64,000 nucleotides of DNA from an uncultured Candidatus Kuenenia sp. (GTDB lineage Bacteria; Planctomycetota; UBA11346). Position 1 is the stretch's first letter, and every line of letters begins with the position of its first letter. The notes beneath the pieces are model-generated. The model was not told the DNA's origin, made no database searches, and saw nothing but the letters and a program-made list of their open reading frames with translations. The stretch covers positions 16,527 through 80,526 of the forward strand of contig CAZZJC010000017.1 of the NCBI GenBank assembly GCA_964654285.1. The letters run 5' to 3'. A program made the position numbers and the translations under genes. Positions 1 through 9,801 of the stretch are shown one piece after another.

Positions 1-1733
1 ATCTCGTCGAGGGTGTCCTCCATCCGGCGCGTGAAATCGGGTTCGATGAAGTTGCCGGCGTAGCGGCGGCAGAGGAAGTCGGTGACCTTCAGGCCCAATT
101 CCGTGGCGTGCAGTTTGCGTGCACGCTCGTCGACGTAGCTGCGCAGCATGATGACCTTGAGGATGGCGGCGTAGGTCGATGGCCGGCCGATGCCGTCGCG
201 CTCCAGGCGCTTGATGAGCGAGGCCTGGGTGTAGCGCGGCGGCGGCCGGGTGCTGCGTTTGCGCGCGACGAGATCGAGCAGGTCGAGGTCCATGCCCGGA
301 TCGAGCAGCGGCAGCTCCGCCGCCTCATCGGGCTCGTCGGATTCGGCAGCCGTCTCGGCGACCGGTCCGGCTTCGCCCTGATCCTTGGCGGCGGCCTTGC
401 TGCGGCGCTTCTTCTTCACGGGCTTATCGTCCTCGACCGCATCGCCGCCGAGCTTCCGCCAGCCGTCGAACAGCGGCACCACGCCCTTGGCCTGGAAGAC
501 GCCCATCGGCCCGCCGTTCCAGGCGCCGGGGGCGCAGGCCACGTCGAGGGTGGTGACCTGGTCGCGCGCATCCGCCATCTGGCAGGCGATGAAGCGGGTC
601 CAGATCAGGCGGTAGAGATCGCCTTCCTCCTTGTTCGCCGGCCCGTTCGCGGCCTGGGAACGGGCCAGCGCGTCGGCGCCGGTCTCCGGGTGGGTCGGGC
701 GGATCGCCTCGTGCGCCTCCTGCGCGTTGACCGCCTTGGTGGCGTGCACGACCGGCTGCGCCGGCAAGTACGCGGGTTTGAAATCGTGCTGGATCACCGC
801 CCGCGCCGCCGCGACCGCCTCGGGCGTGAGCGCGGTCGAATCGGTGCGGTGGTAGGTGATGTGCCCGCCCTCGAAGAGGCTTTGCAGCAGTTTCATCGTC
901 GCTTCCGGCGCGAGGCGCAGGCGCACCGACGCGGCCTGCTGCACCGTGGCGGTGGTGAACGGTGGCGGCGGCCGGCGCACCTGTTCGCGGCGGTCGCAGG
1001 CCGCGACCTGCCAGCGCTGCTTGCGGCACCAGGCGACGGTGCGTTCGGCGGTCTCGGCCTCGACCAGGCGCTGCGCGAGCGGCTCGCCCTTCCAGGTGAT
1101 GAGCCGTGCGACGAACGGCGGCGGACTGCCGGCGCGTTCCAGCCTGGCGTCCAGCACGAAGTACTCCTTGGCGGTGAAGGCGGCGATCTCGCGCTCGCGC
1201 TCGGCGACGAATCTGAGCGCGACCGACTGCACCCGGCCGGCGCTCTTGGCGTCCTTGCCGAGTCCGCGCAGGGTCGGCGACACCAGCCAGCCCACGACGC
1301 GGTCGAGCACCCGGCGCGCCTGCTGCGCGTCGACCAGGCCGGCGTCGATCGCGCGCGGCGCGGCGATGGCCTTGAGCACCTCGGCGCGGGTGATCGCGTG
1401 GAAGACCACGCGTCTGAGCTTCGGCGCCGCGGCGGGTCCGAGCAGCGCCGCGATGTGCCAGGCGATCGCCTCGCCCTCGCGGTCAGGGTCGGTGGCGAGG
1501 AGGATCTCGTCGGCCTTCGCGGCCAGCCCCTGGAGTTCGGCGATCGAGCGGCCGGCGCGTTCGAGCGCGACGTAGTGCGGCAGCACCCGCCCGGCGCGGA
1601 AGGCCACCGCCAGGCCCCCCTTGTCGGGCAGATCGCGGACATGGCCGAAACTCGCCGCGACGCGGTAGTCGCCGCCGAGGAATTCCCGGATCTTTCTGGT
1701 CTTATTCGGACTTTCGACCACCACCAGGCGCAT
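1..1733 (-). CDS. topA: DNA topoisomerase I (type IA), 3' end outside window
   Basis: Absent from the ORF track because there is no stop in the window. Manual translation from ATG 1733: MRLVVVESPNKTRKIREFLGGDYRVAASFGHVRDLP (TOPRIM), ATDPDREGEAIAWH, SAGRVQS, catalytic GHITYHRTDS, QEAHEAIRPT, GIGRPSTYA. Confidence 0.95.
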   Translation of the reverse strand, partial: MRLVVVESPNKTRKIREFLGGDYRVAASFGHVRDLPDKGGLAVAFRAGRVLPHYVALERAGRSIAELQGLAAKADEILLATDPDREGEAIAWHIAALLGPAAAPKLRRVVFHAITRAEVLKAIAAPRAIDAGLVDAQQARRVLDRVVGWLVSPTLRGLGKDAKSAGRVQSVALRFVAEREREIAAFTAKEYFVLDARLERAGSPPPFVARLITWKGEPLAQRLVEAETAERTVAWCRKQRWQVAACDRREQVRRPPPPFTTATVQQAASVRLRLAPEATMKLLQSLFEGGHITYHRTDSTALTPEAVAAARAVIQHDFKPAYLPAQPVVHATKAVNAQEAHEAIRPTHPETGADALARSQAANGPANKEEGDLYRLIWTRFIACQMADARDQVTTLDVACAPGAWNGGPMGVFQAKGVVPLFDGWRKLGGDAVEDDKPVKKKRRSKAAAKDQGEAGPVAETAAESDEPDEAAELPLLDPGMDLDLLDLVARKRSTRPPPRYTQASLIKRLERDGIGRPSTYAAILKVIMLRSYVDERARKLHATELGLKVTDFLCRRYAGNFIEPDFTRRMEDTLDE

Positions 1734-1835
1734 CGCGGCAGCTTCAGGCTGATCCACGCGGCGACAATGGTTGGGCGCCGCCAAGACTTGCAGGATCGGT
1801 ACCGGTTGCGATCGTCCGGCCCCTCGGAGACGACC

Positions 1836-2858
1836 ATGCCGGAAGCCCTTTCCATCGGCCTGCTGATTCCCGCGCACGAAGCCGATCCCGAGCTGGTGCG
1901 GCAGCAGCTGCCGGGCCAGACCATCGTGCCAGTCCCTGACTTTGACCAGCTGGATGAGGCGGCGCTGATCGCCCGCCTGCGCGCGCTCGATGCGGTGGCG
2001 ATCGGGCGCAGTTCGCCACGCATTCCGGATGCGCTCATCGGCAACCGCGGCCGCCTGCGCCAGGTCTCGTACACCGCCGGTTCGATCCGCCACAAGGTCT
2101 CGAAGGCGCTGATCGAGGACGGCCTGCTGGTGACCAACTGGGGCGACCAGGTCGCGCACGTCGCTGAGGCGGCGCTGATGTTCCTCCTCGCCGGGCTCAA
2201 GCAGGTCCACACCCTGGACGCCTACATCCGCAGCGACTGGCGCGACGACCGCCGCATCTTCCAGGATTTCCCCGCCAGCATCAATGGCCGCGACATCGGC
2301 CTGTACGGGTTCGGCCCGATCGGCCGGCACATGGCGCGCTTCATCGGCGCGCTGGGTGCCAGGATCGCGATCTACGATCCCTATGCCAAGGATGTCCCGG
2401 CCGGGATCCGCATCTGCCCCGACCTGCGCACCCTGTTCGCGACCTGCCAGTGCATCAGCATCCACTGCGGCCTGAATGACGGCACGCGCGGCACCGTCAC
2501 CCGCGAACTGCTGGAATTGCTGCCCCAGGGGGCGGTGCTGGTGAACACCGCGCGCGGGGCGATCATCAACGAGGCCGACCTCGTCGCGGTGCTCAAGACC
2601 AAGCGGATCATCGCCTGCCTGGATGTGATCGAGAACGAGAAGGCCTGGGCGACCGGTCCCCTGAGCACGATCCCGAGCAGCCAGCTGCTGCTCACCGGCC
2701 ACATCGCCGAGCGTGGCAAGGGCCCCGATCCGAGCAAACCCAGACCGCCGGTGAAATCCGGCCTGCCCGACCACGTGGTCGTCGCCCTGGCCGCCCTGGC
2801 CGAGGGCCGCACCCCGCCGCATCTGATCACGGCGGCGCAGTACGACCTCAAGACCTGA
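1836..2858 (+). CDS. D-isomer-specific 2-hydroxyacid dehydrogenase family protein
   Basis: C-terminal part of track ORF 108..2858; GGAG precedes ATG 1836; GFGPIG Rossmann motif, VNTARG, LDVxExE, TGHIA. Confidence 0.85.
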   Translation: MPEALSIGLLIPAHEADPELVRQQLPGQTIVPVPDFDQLDEAALIARLRALDAVAIGRSSPRIPDALIGNRGRLRQVSYTAGSIRHKVSKALIEDGLLVTNWGDQVAHVAEAALMFLLAGLKQVHTLDAYIRSDWRDDRRIFQDFPASINGRDIGLYGFGPIGRHMARFIGALGARIAIYDPYAKDVPAGIRICPDLRTLFATCQCISIHCGLNDGTRGTVTRELLELLPQGAVLVNTARGAIINEADLVAVLKTKRIIACLDVIENEKAWATGPLSTIPSSQLLLTGHIAERGKGPDPSKPRPPVKSGLPDHVVVALAALAEGRTPPHLITAAQYDLKT

Positions 2859-2878
2859 GCGGTTGCGGACCCCGGCGC

Positions 2879-3829
2879 GTGGACACCTGCCGCTTCGCCC
2901 CGACCGCCTCGGGCCGGGCGCATCCCGGCACCCTGCTCGCCGGACTGCTGTGCTGGCTCGACGCCCGCAGCCGTGGGGCGCGTCTCATCCTGCGCCTGGA
3001 GGACCTCGACCGGCAGCGGTGCCGGCCTGAATTCTCCCAGGGTCTGATCGACGATCTCGCCTGGCTCGGGCTCGCCTGGGATCGGGTGCAGCTGCAGTCG
3101 GATCACGGCCCGGACCATGCCACCGCGCTGGATGCGCTGGCGGCGGCGGGGGTGCTGTATCCGAGCCGGCTCAGCCGGGCGCAGCTCGCGGCGATCGGGC
3201 GCCGCGCCCCGGACGGCGGCTGGGCCTACGACAACCGCGAACGCGGCGGCTCCCTGCCGGAAGCCGGATGGAGGTCGTGCGCGATGCCGTTGCGCGCCCA
3301 CCTGCCCGACGGCGTCCAGCGGCCGGTCGACGAGGGCGGCATCGAGCTCGCGCAGGATCCCGCCGCCGCCTTCGGCGATCCGGTGGTGCGCAACCGCGCC
3401 GGCGAGGTCGCCTACCACCTCGCGGTCGTGGTCGATGACCACCGCGCCGGGGTGACCCGGGTGGTGCGCGGCCGCGACCTCGCCACCGCCAGCGCGACCC
3501 AGGCCGCCCTGCGCCGGCGCCTGGGCCTGCCGGATCCCGTCTACCGTCACCACCTGCTGCTGCTGGAGCCAGCCGCCGGTCCCGGTGCGACCGCGGGAAA
3601 GCTGGCGAAATGCCACGGCTCGGTCGCGGCGGAGGCCCTGCGGCAGACCCTGTCCGCGACCGAGGTCTGCGGCTTCCTGGCCTGGTGCGCCGGGCTCCGA
3701 CCGGATCCGGCGCCGGTCGCCCCGCGCGATCTGCTGCCGGATTTTGCCTGGGACCGGGTCGGTCGCGACGATGTCGCGGTGGCCTGGGATGGCCGGCGGC
3801 TGCAGCGGCTGCCTGCCGCCCCTGGCTGA
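2879..3829 (+). CDS. gluQ: Glutamyl-Q tRNA(Asp) synthetase-like protein (GluRS catalytic domain only)
   Basis: [14 protein letters not shown] (HIGH-like), [28 protein letters not shown] (KMSKS-like); 316 aa with no anticodon-binding domain. Confidence 0.8.
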   Translation: MDTCRFAPTASGRAHPGTLLAGLLCWLDARSRGARLILRLEDLDRQRCRPEFSQGLIDDLAWLGLAWDRVQLQSDHGPDHATALDALAAAGVLYPSRLSRAQLAAIGRRAPDGGWAYDNRERGGSLPEAGWRSCAMPLRAHLPDGVQRPVDEGGIELAQDPAAAFGDPVVRNRAGEVAYHLAVVVDDHRAGVTRVVRGRDLATASATQAALRRRLGLPDPVYRHHLLLLEPAAGPGATAGKLAKCHGSVAAEALRQTLSATEVCGFLAWCAGLRPDPAPVAPRDLLPDFAWDRVGRDDVAVAWDGRRLQRLPAAPG

Positions 3830-3962
3830 GGCCGGGGCGGGTGTAAGCCACAGTTTACAGTTCCGTTACTTGATCGCCTTGATGCCGACCGTATGAGTCC
3901 CACCCCGCGCCGGTCGTCCCGGCATGGACCGCATTCCAACGGAAACGCCTCAAGGAACCGCC

Positions 3963-5735
3963 ATGGCCCTGCATCGCCTGCTGCTCATCCCGTTTGTGAT
4001 CATCGCCTGCTCCGTCATGACCGTCGCCGGCGACGACCCGGCGCTGCGGCAGCAGGCCAAGGAATCCGTCACCGCAGGCAGTGCCGCGATGAAAGCGGCC
4101 GACAGCGATCCGAACCAGCTCATCGAGGCCGCGATCTGCTTCGCCAAGGCGCTCAAGATCTTCGAAAAGCTTGGCGATACCGAGGCGGTCACGGAAATGA
4201 ACGCCAACATCTTCTGGTGCAAGAAGAAGATGAACGTCGACGCCATCCAGGCCTACAACAAGCGCAAGGCGGGCGAGCATCCGGCCGGCGCGGCTGCGCC
4301 GGCCGCAGCCGAGGACAAGGCGGCGATCGCCAAGATCGAGGAGATCGTGAACCGCAAGGTCGAGGTCAACGAGGCCGTCTCCTATTTCTCCCGCGCCGAC
4401 AAATTCGCCCGAGAGAACCCGACCAAATACCTGGCGGTCGCGATCCGCTGGTTCGAGATCTGCGAACGCTTCCCCGACAGCGCCGAAGGCAAGAAGGCGC
4501 AGACGCAGCTGCTCGAGGCGCAGCGCAAGCTGACCGAGGAGCTGAGCAGGAAATCGGCGGAGCTCGACGCGAAGCAGAAGCTCCTGCAAGGGCAGCATGA
4601 TTCGATGTTCACCAGCCGGCCGGTGGTCGGCGGCAGCCGTTCGGAGGAACCTTCGGCGGACATGCAGCGGAAACTGGTGGCCGACCTCAAGACCTCGACC
4701 TACAAGGCCGACTACGCCAAGACCCGGCCCGAGGACAAGAGCGCCTTCGCCGGCAAGCTCTTCGAGCAGGCGCTCAAGACCAAGGACGACGCCAATTTCC
4801 GCTATGTCATGCTGAGCGAATCGCTGCGTCTGGCCATCGAGGCCGAGAACTGCTGGCAGGTGATCAAGTCCAGCAACCAGCTCGAAAGCGACTTCACCGG
4901 CCCGGATGCGGCGGCATTGAAGAAGCAGGCCTTCCAGCGCGCCTCCAGCGTGGTGTTCAAGCACGCGCTCAAGCTGCTCGAGAATCCCGGCGACGAGACC
5001 GCGAGCGCGAACCTGGGCAGGAACTTCTGCGCTTCCGGGCACTGGCAGGACGGCCTGGTGCTGCTCGCGGCCGGCGACCAGCCCGAGCTCAAGAAGCTGG
5101 CCAAGCAGGAGCTGGTCAGGCTCGAGACCGTCGGCCAGAAGGTCGAGGTCGCGGATGGCTGGTACGACCTGGGCAAGAAGACCACCGTCCAGGGCGAGAA
5201 GGACGCCTACCTGCGCCGGGCGCAGGCGCTGTATCAGGAAGCCAGCAAGGAACTCAGCGGCGTCTCGAAGGACCGCGTGAACCTGCGCCTGACCGAGCTC
5301 GACAAGGCCTATCCGCCAGCGATCAAGAAATGGGACAAGCTCACGGTGGCCCAATGGGAGACGATCAAGGCGCCGATCGTCGAGGTGGACGGCAAACGCA
5401 ACCGGGTGGATTCCGGCTTGATCCTGAACGGCAGCCAGAAGTACCGGGTCATCCCGCATCCCAACGATACCTGGAAGATCACCGGCGAGATGTCCGCCTT
5501 CACCTGCACCTGGAAGGGCGGGGCATCCTGGGGTGGCGAAGCCCCGGTCGGCGCGATGGCCGCCTGGCTCGACACGGATCGGAAGAAGGTGTGGAAATCC
5601 TTCCAGGTGGTCGAAGGCAAGGGCCGGCTGATGCTCGGACCCTATCTCAACGAGACCGCCAACAGCGTGAACTGGCATTACAACGGCCAGGCGGTGGGCA
5701 CCATCAGGGTCAAGGTGGTGCCGGCCGCCGATTGA
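3963..5735 (+). CDS. Secreted hypothetical protein, tandem paralog A (helical repeats plus C-terminal beta-rich domain)
   Basis: AGGA precedes ATG 3963; signal-peptide-like N-terminus; strong GC3 codon bias; alignable over its full length with 5935..7743. Confidence 0.85.
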   Translation: MALHRLLLIPFVIIACSVMTVAGDDPALRQQAKESVTAGSAAMKAADSDPNQLIEAAICFAKALKIFEKLGDTEAVTEMNANIFWCKKKMNVDAIQAYNKRKAGEHPAGAAAPAAAEDKAAIAKIEEIVNRKVEVNEAVSYFSRADKFARENPTKYLAVAIRWFEICERFPDSAEGKKAQTQLLEAQRKLTEELSRKSAELDAKQKLLQGQHDSMFTSRPVVGGSRSEEPSADMQRKLVADLKTSTYKADYAKTRPEDKSAFAGKLFEQALKTKDDANFRYVMLSESLRLAIEAENCWQVIKSSNQLESDFTGPDAAALKKQAFQRASSVVFKHALKLLENPGDETASANLGRNFCASGHWQDGLVLLAAGDQPELKKLAKQELVRLETVGQKVEVADGWYDLGKKTTVQGEKDAYLRRAQALYQEASKELSGVSKDRVNLRLTELDKAYPPAIKKWDKLTVAQWETIKAPIVEVDGKRNRVDSGLILNGSQKYRVIPHPNDTWKITGEMSAFTCTWKGGASWGGEAPVGAMAAWLDTDRKKVWKSFQVVEGKGRLMLGPYLNETANSVNWHYNGQAVGTIRVKVVPAAD

Positions 5736-5934
5736 CCGGCACCAGCCACCGATGGCCGATCAGGCCGGGTGAACCGGCCATACCTGGCCGCGTTGAATGG
5801 TACGCTTGCGCCCATCCGCTCGGCACCGGCGACGTTCGTCCTTGCCCGGCTGACGCGGCGAAGGCATAGTCCCAGGCCACGGCGGATGGCTCTTTTTGCT
5901 GCAGACCCGGGTGCCATCTCAGCGAGGAACCACC

Positions 5935-7743
5935 ATGCACGGTTTTCGTCTCCTGCCCTTCCTGATCATGCTCATGGCCGCCTGCGTCCCCCTGGCCGGG
6001 GTGGACGATCCCGAACTGCGCCAGCAGGCCAAGGCGGCGGTGGAAGCCGGCAACAACGCGATGAAGGCGGCCGACAGCGATTCGAGCCAGCTCATCGAGG
6101 CCGCGATCTGCTTCGCCAAGGCGCTCAAGACCTTCGAGAAGCTCGGCGATGTCGAGGCGGTGACGGAGATGAATTCCAACATCTTCTGGTGCAAGAAGAA
6201 GATGAACGCCAACGACCTCATCGCCTACAACAAGCGCAAGAAAGGCGAGCAGCCTGCGGGCAAGGCCGGTGACAGCGCCCCGGCGACGTCGGCCCAGAGC
6301 GCCGAGGACAGGGCGGCGATCGCCAAGATCGAGGAGGTCGAGAACCGCAAGGTCGCGGTCAACCAGGCCTCGGCCTATTTCGCCCGGGCCGAGAAGTTCG
6401 CCAAGGAGCATCCGGACAAGTACCTCCAGCTCGCGATCCGCTGGTTCGAGATCTCGGAACGGTTCCGCGACAGCAGCGAGGGCAAGAAGGCGCAGAGCCT
6501 GCTGCTGGAAGTCCAGCGCAAGCTGAACGAGGAACTGGAGCAGCGGGCCCGCGCCCTGGACGTCCGGGCGGCGGCCCTCAAGGGCGAGCACGACAACTAC
6601 TTCGACAAGAAACCGGTGGTGAAGGGGACGCGGTCCGCCCCGCCCACCGCGGACGCGCAGCGGAAATTGCTGAACGACCTGAAGTCGCTGACCTACAAGG
6701 CCGACTACGCCAAGACCAGGGTGGAGGACAAGAACGCCTTCGCCCGCAAGCTCTACGCCCAGGCGGTGAAGACCACCGACGATGCCAGCGCCCGCTACGT
6801 CATGCTCAGCGAAGCCGCCCGGCTTGCCGCCGAGGGCGAGAACTGCTGGCTGGTGATCACCGCCTACAACCAGCTCGAAAGCGATTTCGCCGGCGTCAAT
6901 GCCGGTGAACTCAAGAAGCAGGTCTTCCAGCGCGCCCCCCAGGCCGTCTGCAAGCATGCGCTCCGGCTCATGGAGAATTCCCAGGATCCTGTCGCCAGCG
7001 CTCATGTGGGACGCAACTTCTGCTTGAACGGCTACTGGAAGGACGGTCTGGGCCTGCTCGCCGCCGGCGATAATGCCGACCTCAAGAAGGTGGCGACCCT
7101 GGAGCGCATCGGCATGGACAGCCCGGGCCAGAAGGCCGAAGTGGCCGAAGGCTGGTACGAGGTCGGCAAGAAGACCAGCGTGCCGGCCGAGAAGGAGGCG
7201 TATCTCCGCCATGCCCACGCGCTCTTCCATGAGGCGGCGAAGAAGGTCGAGGGCCTGACCAAGGAAAAGGTCGTCCAGCGCCTGGCCGAACTCGACAAGA
7301 TGTTCCCTCCGCCGATCCAGGACTGGAAGAACCTCACGGTCGCGCAGTGGGAGACGATCAAGGCCCCGGTGATCGAGATCGAAGGGAAGCGCGGCAGGGT
7401 CGATTCCGGCACCGTGCTCGAAGCCGACAAGAAATACCGCGTCGTCGCCCATCCGACCGACAAGTGGAAGGTCACCACCGACTACCGCAACTTCGAATGC
7501 GACTGGAAGGGCAACTCCTCCTATTACTACAGCGATGTCCAATACCCCATCGCCGCCCTGGTCGCGTGGTCCGACAGCGATCGCAGGAAGATCATGGGCC
7601 TCGACAAGCCCATCGAAGGGAAGGGTCGCCTGATGCTCGGGCCGTGCCTCAACGAGGTCAGCAACTCGGCCGGATACACGTATTCCTACGCCGGCTATGC
7701 GATTGGCGTCATCCGGGTGAAGATCATCCCGGTCGCGGAATAG
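5935..7743 (+). CDS. Secreted hypothetical protein, tandem paralog B
   Basis: GAGGA precedes ATG 5935; signal peptide; shares NIFWCKKKMN, AIRWFEI.ERF, TYKADYAKT, LTVAQWETIKAP and EGKGRLMLGP with paralog A. Confidence 0.85.
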   Translation: MHGFRLLPFLIMLMAACVPLAGVDDPELRQQAKAAVEAGNNAMKAADSDSSQLIEAAICFAKALKTFEKLGDVEAVTEMNSNIFWCKKKMNANDLIAYNKRKKGEQPAGKAGDSAPATSAQSAEDRAAIAKIEEVENRKVAVNQASAYFARAEKFAKEHPDKYLQLAIRWFEISERFRDSSEGKKAQSLLLEVQRKLNEELEQRARALDVRAAALKGEHDNYFDKKPVVKGTRSAPPTADAQRKLLNDLKSLTYKADYAKTRVEDKNAFARKLYAQAVKTTDDASARYVMLSEAARLAAEGENCWLVITAYNQLESDFAGVNAGELKKQVFQRAPQAVCKHALRLMENSQDPVASAHVGRNFCLNGYWKDGLGLLAAGDNADLKKVATLERIGMDSPGQKAEVAEGWYEVGKKTSVPAEKEAYLRHAHALFHEAAKKVEGLTKEKVVQRLAELDKMFPPPIQDWKNLTVAQWETIKAPVIEIEGKRGRVDSGTVLEADKKYRVVAHPTDKWKVTTDYRNFECDWKGNSSYYYSDVQYPIAALVAWSDSDRRKIMGLDKPIEGKGRLMLGPCLNEVSNSAGYTYSYAGYAIGVIRVKIIPVAE

Positions 7744-7895
7744 GTTCCCGCCGGACGAACGACGCAGCGCGGCGACCGCTGGCCGGCACCTGGCAGGAGC
7801 CCCGCAGGCCGTGATCGCGGCCGAGCCGTCGATGCCCCGATTTTGCGGGAAATTGCGCAGTCACACACCACGAGGACTGCCGCCGTGTGGTCCAT

Positions 7896-7924
7896 TTGAC
7901 CCCCCCCGATACCTGAGGTAAGTT
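7896..7924 (+). promoter_or_regulatory. Candidate sigma-70 promoter for the pilM operon
   Basis: TTGACC (7896-7901), 17-nt spacer, TAAGTT (7919-7924), 50 nt upstream of ATG 7975. Confidence 0.45.
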
Positions 7925-7974
7925 CAGCTTCCACCGTGCTTTGTCTTCCCTGAGCGCGATGGGATCGAGGGCTT

Positions 7975-9801
7975 ATGCAACGATATACGGCGTGCTGGGG
8001 ACTCGACATCGGGCATTCCAGCATCAAGGCGGCCCAGGTCGTCCGCTCGGGCGACACCGTCGTGGTGCAGGCCTACACCATCGAGCCGATCACCGTCCCA
8101 GAGAACGGCGACCGCGAGGAGGCGGTGCTCAAGGCCCTGGAGCAGCTCGCCCAGCGCGAGGAGTTCGGCTCGACGCCGGTGATCGCCGCGCTGTCCGGGC
8201 GGCAGGTGTTCTCGCGCACCATCAACGTGCCGGTGATCAATCCCAAGACCGTCGACCGCATGGTCGAGCTGGAGGCGCGCCAGCACATCCCCGGCAACTT
8301 CGAGGAGGTCGAGTGGGCCTTCCACATGAGCCCGTCGGCCGAAGGCGGCTCGAACGACGTGGCCCTGTTCGCGGTGAAGCGCGAGGTCATCCAGGAGATG
8401 ATGGCCAAGTGCAAGAAGGTCGGCATCAACCTCGTCGGCGTGTCGGTGTCGTCGGTCGCGCTCTACAACTTCGTGCGCTACGACCAGGTCTTCCCCGAGG
8501 ATGAGACCGTCATCATCCTCGATGTCGGGGCCGAGAACACCGATCTCGTGTTCTACCAGGGCGATTCGGTGTCGATGGCCAGCCTGTCGGTGTCGGGCAA
8601 TGACATCACCAAGGGCTTCATGCGGAAGTTCCGGGTCTCCTTCGAGGAGGCCGAGGCGCTCAAGCGCCAGGTCGGCGACAGCCGCCAGGCGGAGAAGATC
8701 ATCAAGGTCATCGAAGGCACCCTGGGCGACCTGACGAGCGAGATCCAGCGCCGCATCGGCTTCCACAAGTCGCAGGCGCCGAACGCCAAGCTCGACAACC
8801 TGGTGATTTCGGGCTCGACCTTCAAGCTGCCCGGCCTGCCGGAATACCTCGCCGAGCGCCTGCGCTACACCGTCAACATCCTCGAAGACCTCGACAAGGT
8901 GCAGGTCGCGCCCGGGCTCGAACGCGAGCATTTCCTCCACGACCTGCAATCCCTTGGCGTCGCGATGGGCCTCGCCCTGCAAGGTGTCGGCGCGGCCAAG
9001 GCCGACATCAACCTGATCCCGACCCAGGACCGCCTGCACCGCATCCTGAAATCCAAGCGCTGGGCCGCGGTGGCGGCGGTGGTGCTGCTCGGCTCGGCCT
9101 TCGCGGTCCAGTACACCAAGAGCGAGGCGCTGCTGCACGAGAACCTCGAACTGGAGCAGAGCATCCGCAAGTTCGACGAGGACCACAAGAAGGACACCCA
9201 GCAGGCCAAGGCGGTCCTCAGCAAGGTCGTCCCGACCGCCGATGAGCTGCGCGTCTTCCAGCCCATGGGGCATCATCTCGGGCTGGCTACGGCGGTGCTC
9301 GAAGGCGTCTCGCAGGCCATCGCCGGGGTGGCGCTGCGCGCGGGACCGATCGGCGATGCCGCCACCCCGGCCGACAAGGGCGGCGATCCGCTCCTGCAGG
9401 CGGTCTACCTGGACACCGTCACCCTCGATACCCTGCCGGCCGGGACGGTCTTCCGTCCGCTGTCCATGCCGCGCCGGGTCACGGTGAAGGTCCGCATCCC
9501 GATGGTCGAAGGCCGCGCCAAGTGGCAGGAGGTCCGCAACCAGGTGCTCGAGGCCCTGCGCAGCGTCCCGGTGCCGGAATCGCTCAAGGCCCAGTTCAAG
9601 GACAAGGGCGCCACCCTCTTCGATCCCGGCATGGTGAAGCTGATCAGCGAGCCGGAATCCACCAGCGGATTCCATTACATCAATGAGACCTACATCGATC
9701 CGGTAAGCGGCGATGGCCGCGAGGACAAGCAGGCGCGCACCATCAAGGAGCGCCGGGCCGAGTTCGAATGCCTCATCAGCCCCAAGGAGGCCGCGAAGTG
9801 A
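7975..9801 (+). CDS. pilM: Type IV pilus assembly protein PilM fused to a PilN-like membrane/periplasmic domain
   Basis: Actin-like motifs WGLDIGHSSIK, DVGAENT, SGSTFKLPGL; then an INLIP motif, a TM helix and a coiled coil. Confidence 0.85.
   Translation: MQRYTACWGLDIGHSSIKAAQVVRSGDTVVVQAYTIEPITVPENGDREEAVLKALEQLAQREEFGSTPVIAALSGRQVFSRTINVPVINPKTVDRMVELEARQHIPGNFEEVEWAFHMSPSAEGGSNDVALFAVKREVIQEMMAKCKKVGINLVGVSVSSVALYNFVRYDQVFPEDETVIILDVGAENTDLVFYQGDSVSMASLSVSGNDITKGFMRKFRVSFEEAEALKRQVGDSRQAEKIIKVIEGTLGDLTSEIQRRIGFHKSQAPNAKLDNLVISGSTFKLPGLPEYLAERLRYTVNILEDLDKVQVAPGLEREHFLHDLQSLGVAMGLALQGVGAAKADINLIPTQDRLHRILKSKRWAAVAAVVLLGSAFAVQYTKSEALLHENLELEQSIRKFDEDHKKDTQQAKAVLSKVVPTADELRVFQPMGHHLGLATAVLEGVSQAIAGVALRAGPIGDAATPADKGGDPLLQAVYLDTVTLDTLPAGTVFRPLSMPRRVTVKVRIPMVEGRAKWQEVRNQVLEALRSVPVPESLKAQFKDKGATLFDPGMVKLISEPESTSGFHYINETYIDPVSGDGREDKQARTIKERRAEFECLISPKEAAK

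Noticed and set aside
108-1835. N-terminal 576 aa of the 916-aa plus-strand ORF
   Set aside because: Antisense shadow of topA; the real dehydrogenase starts at 1836.
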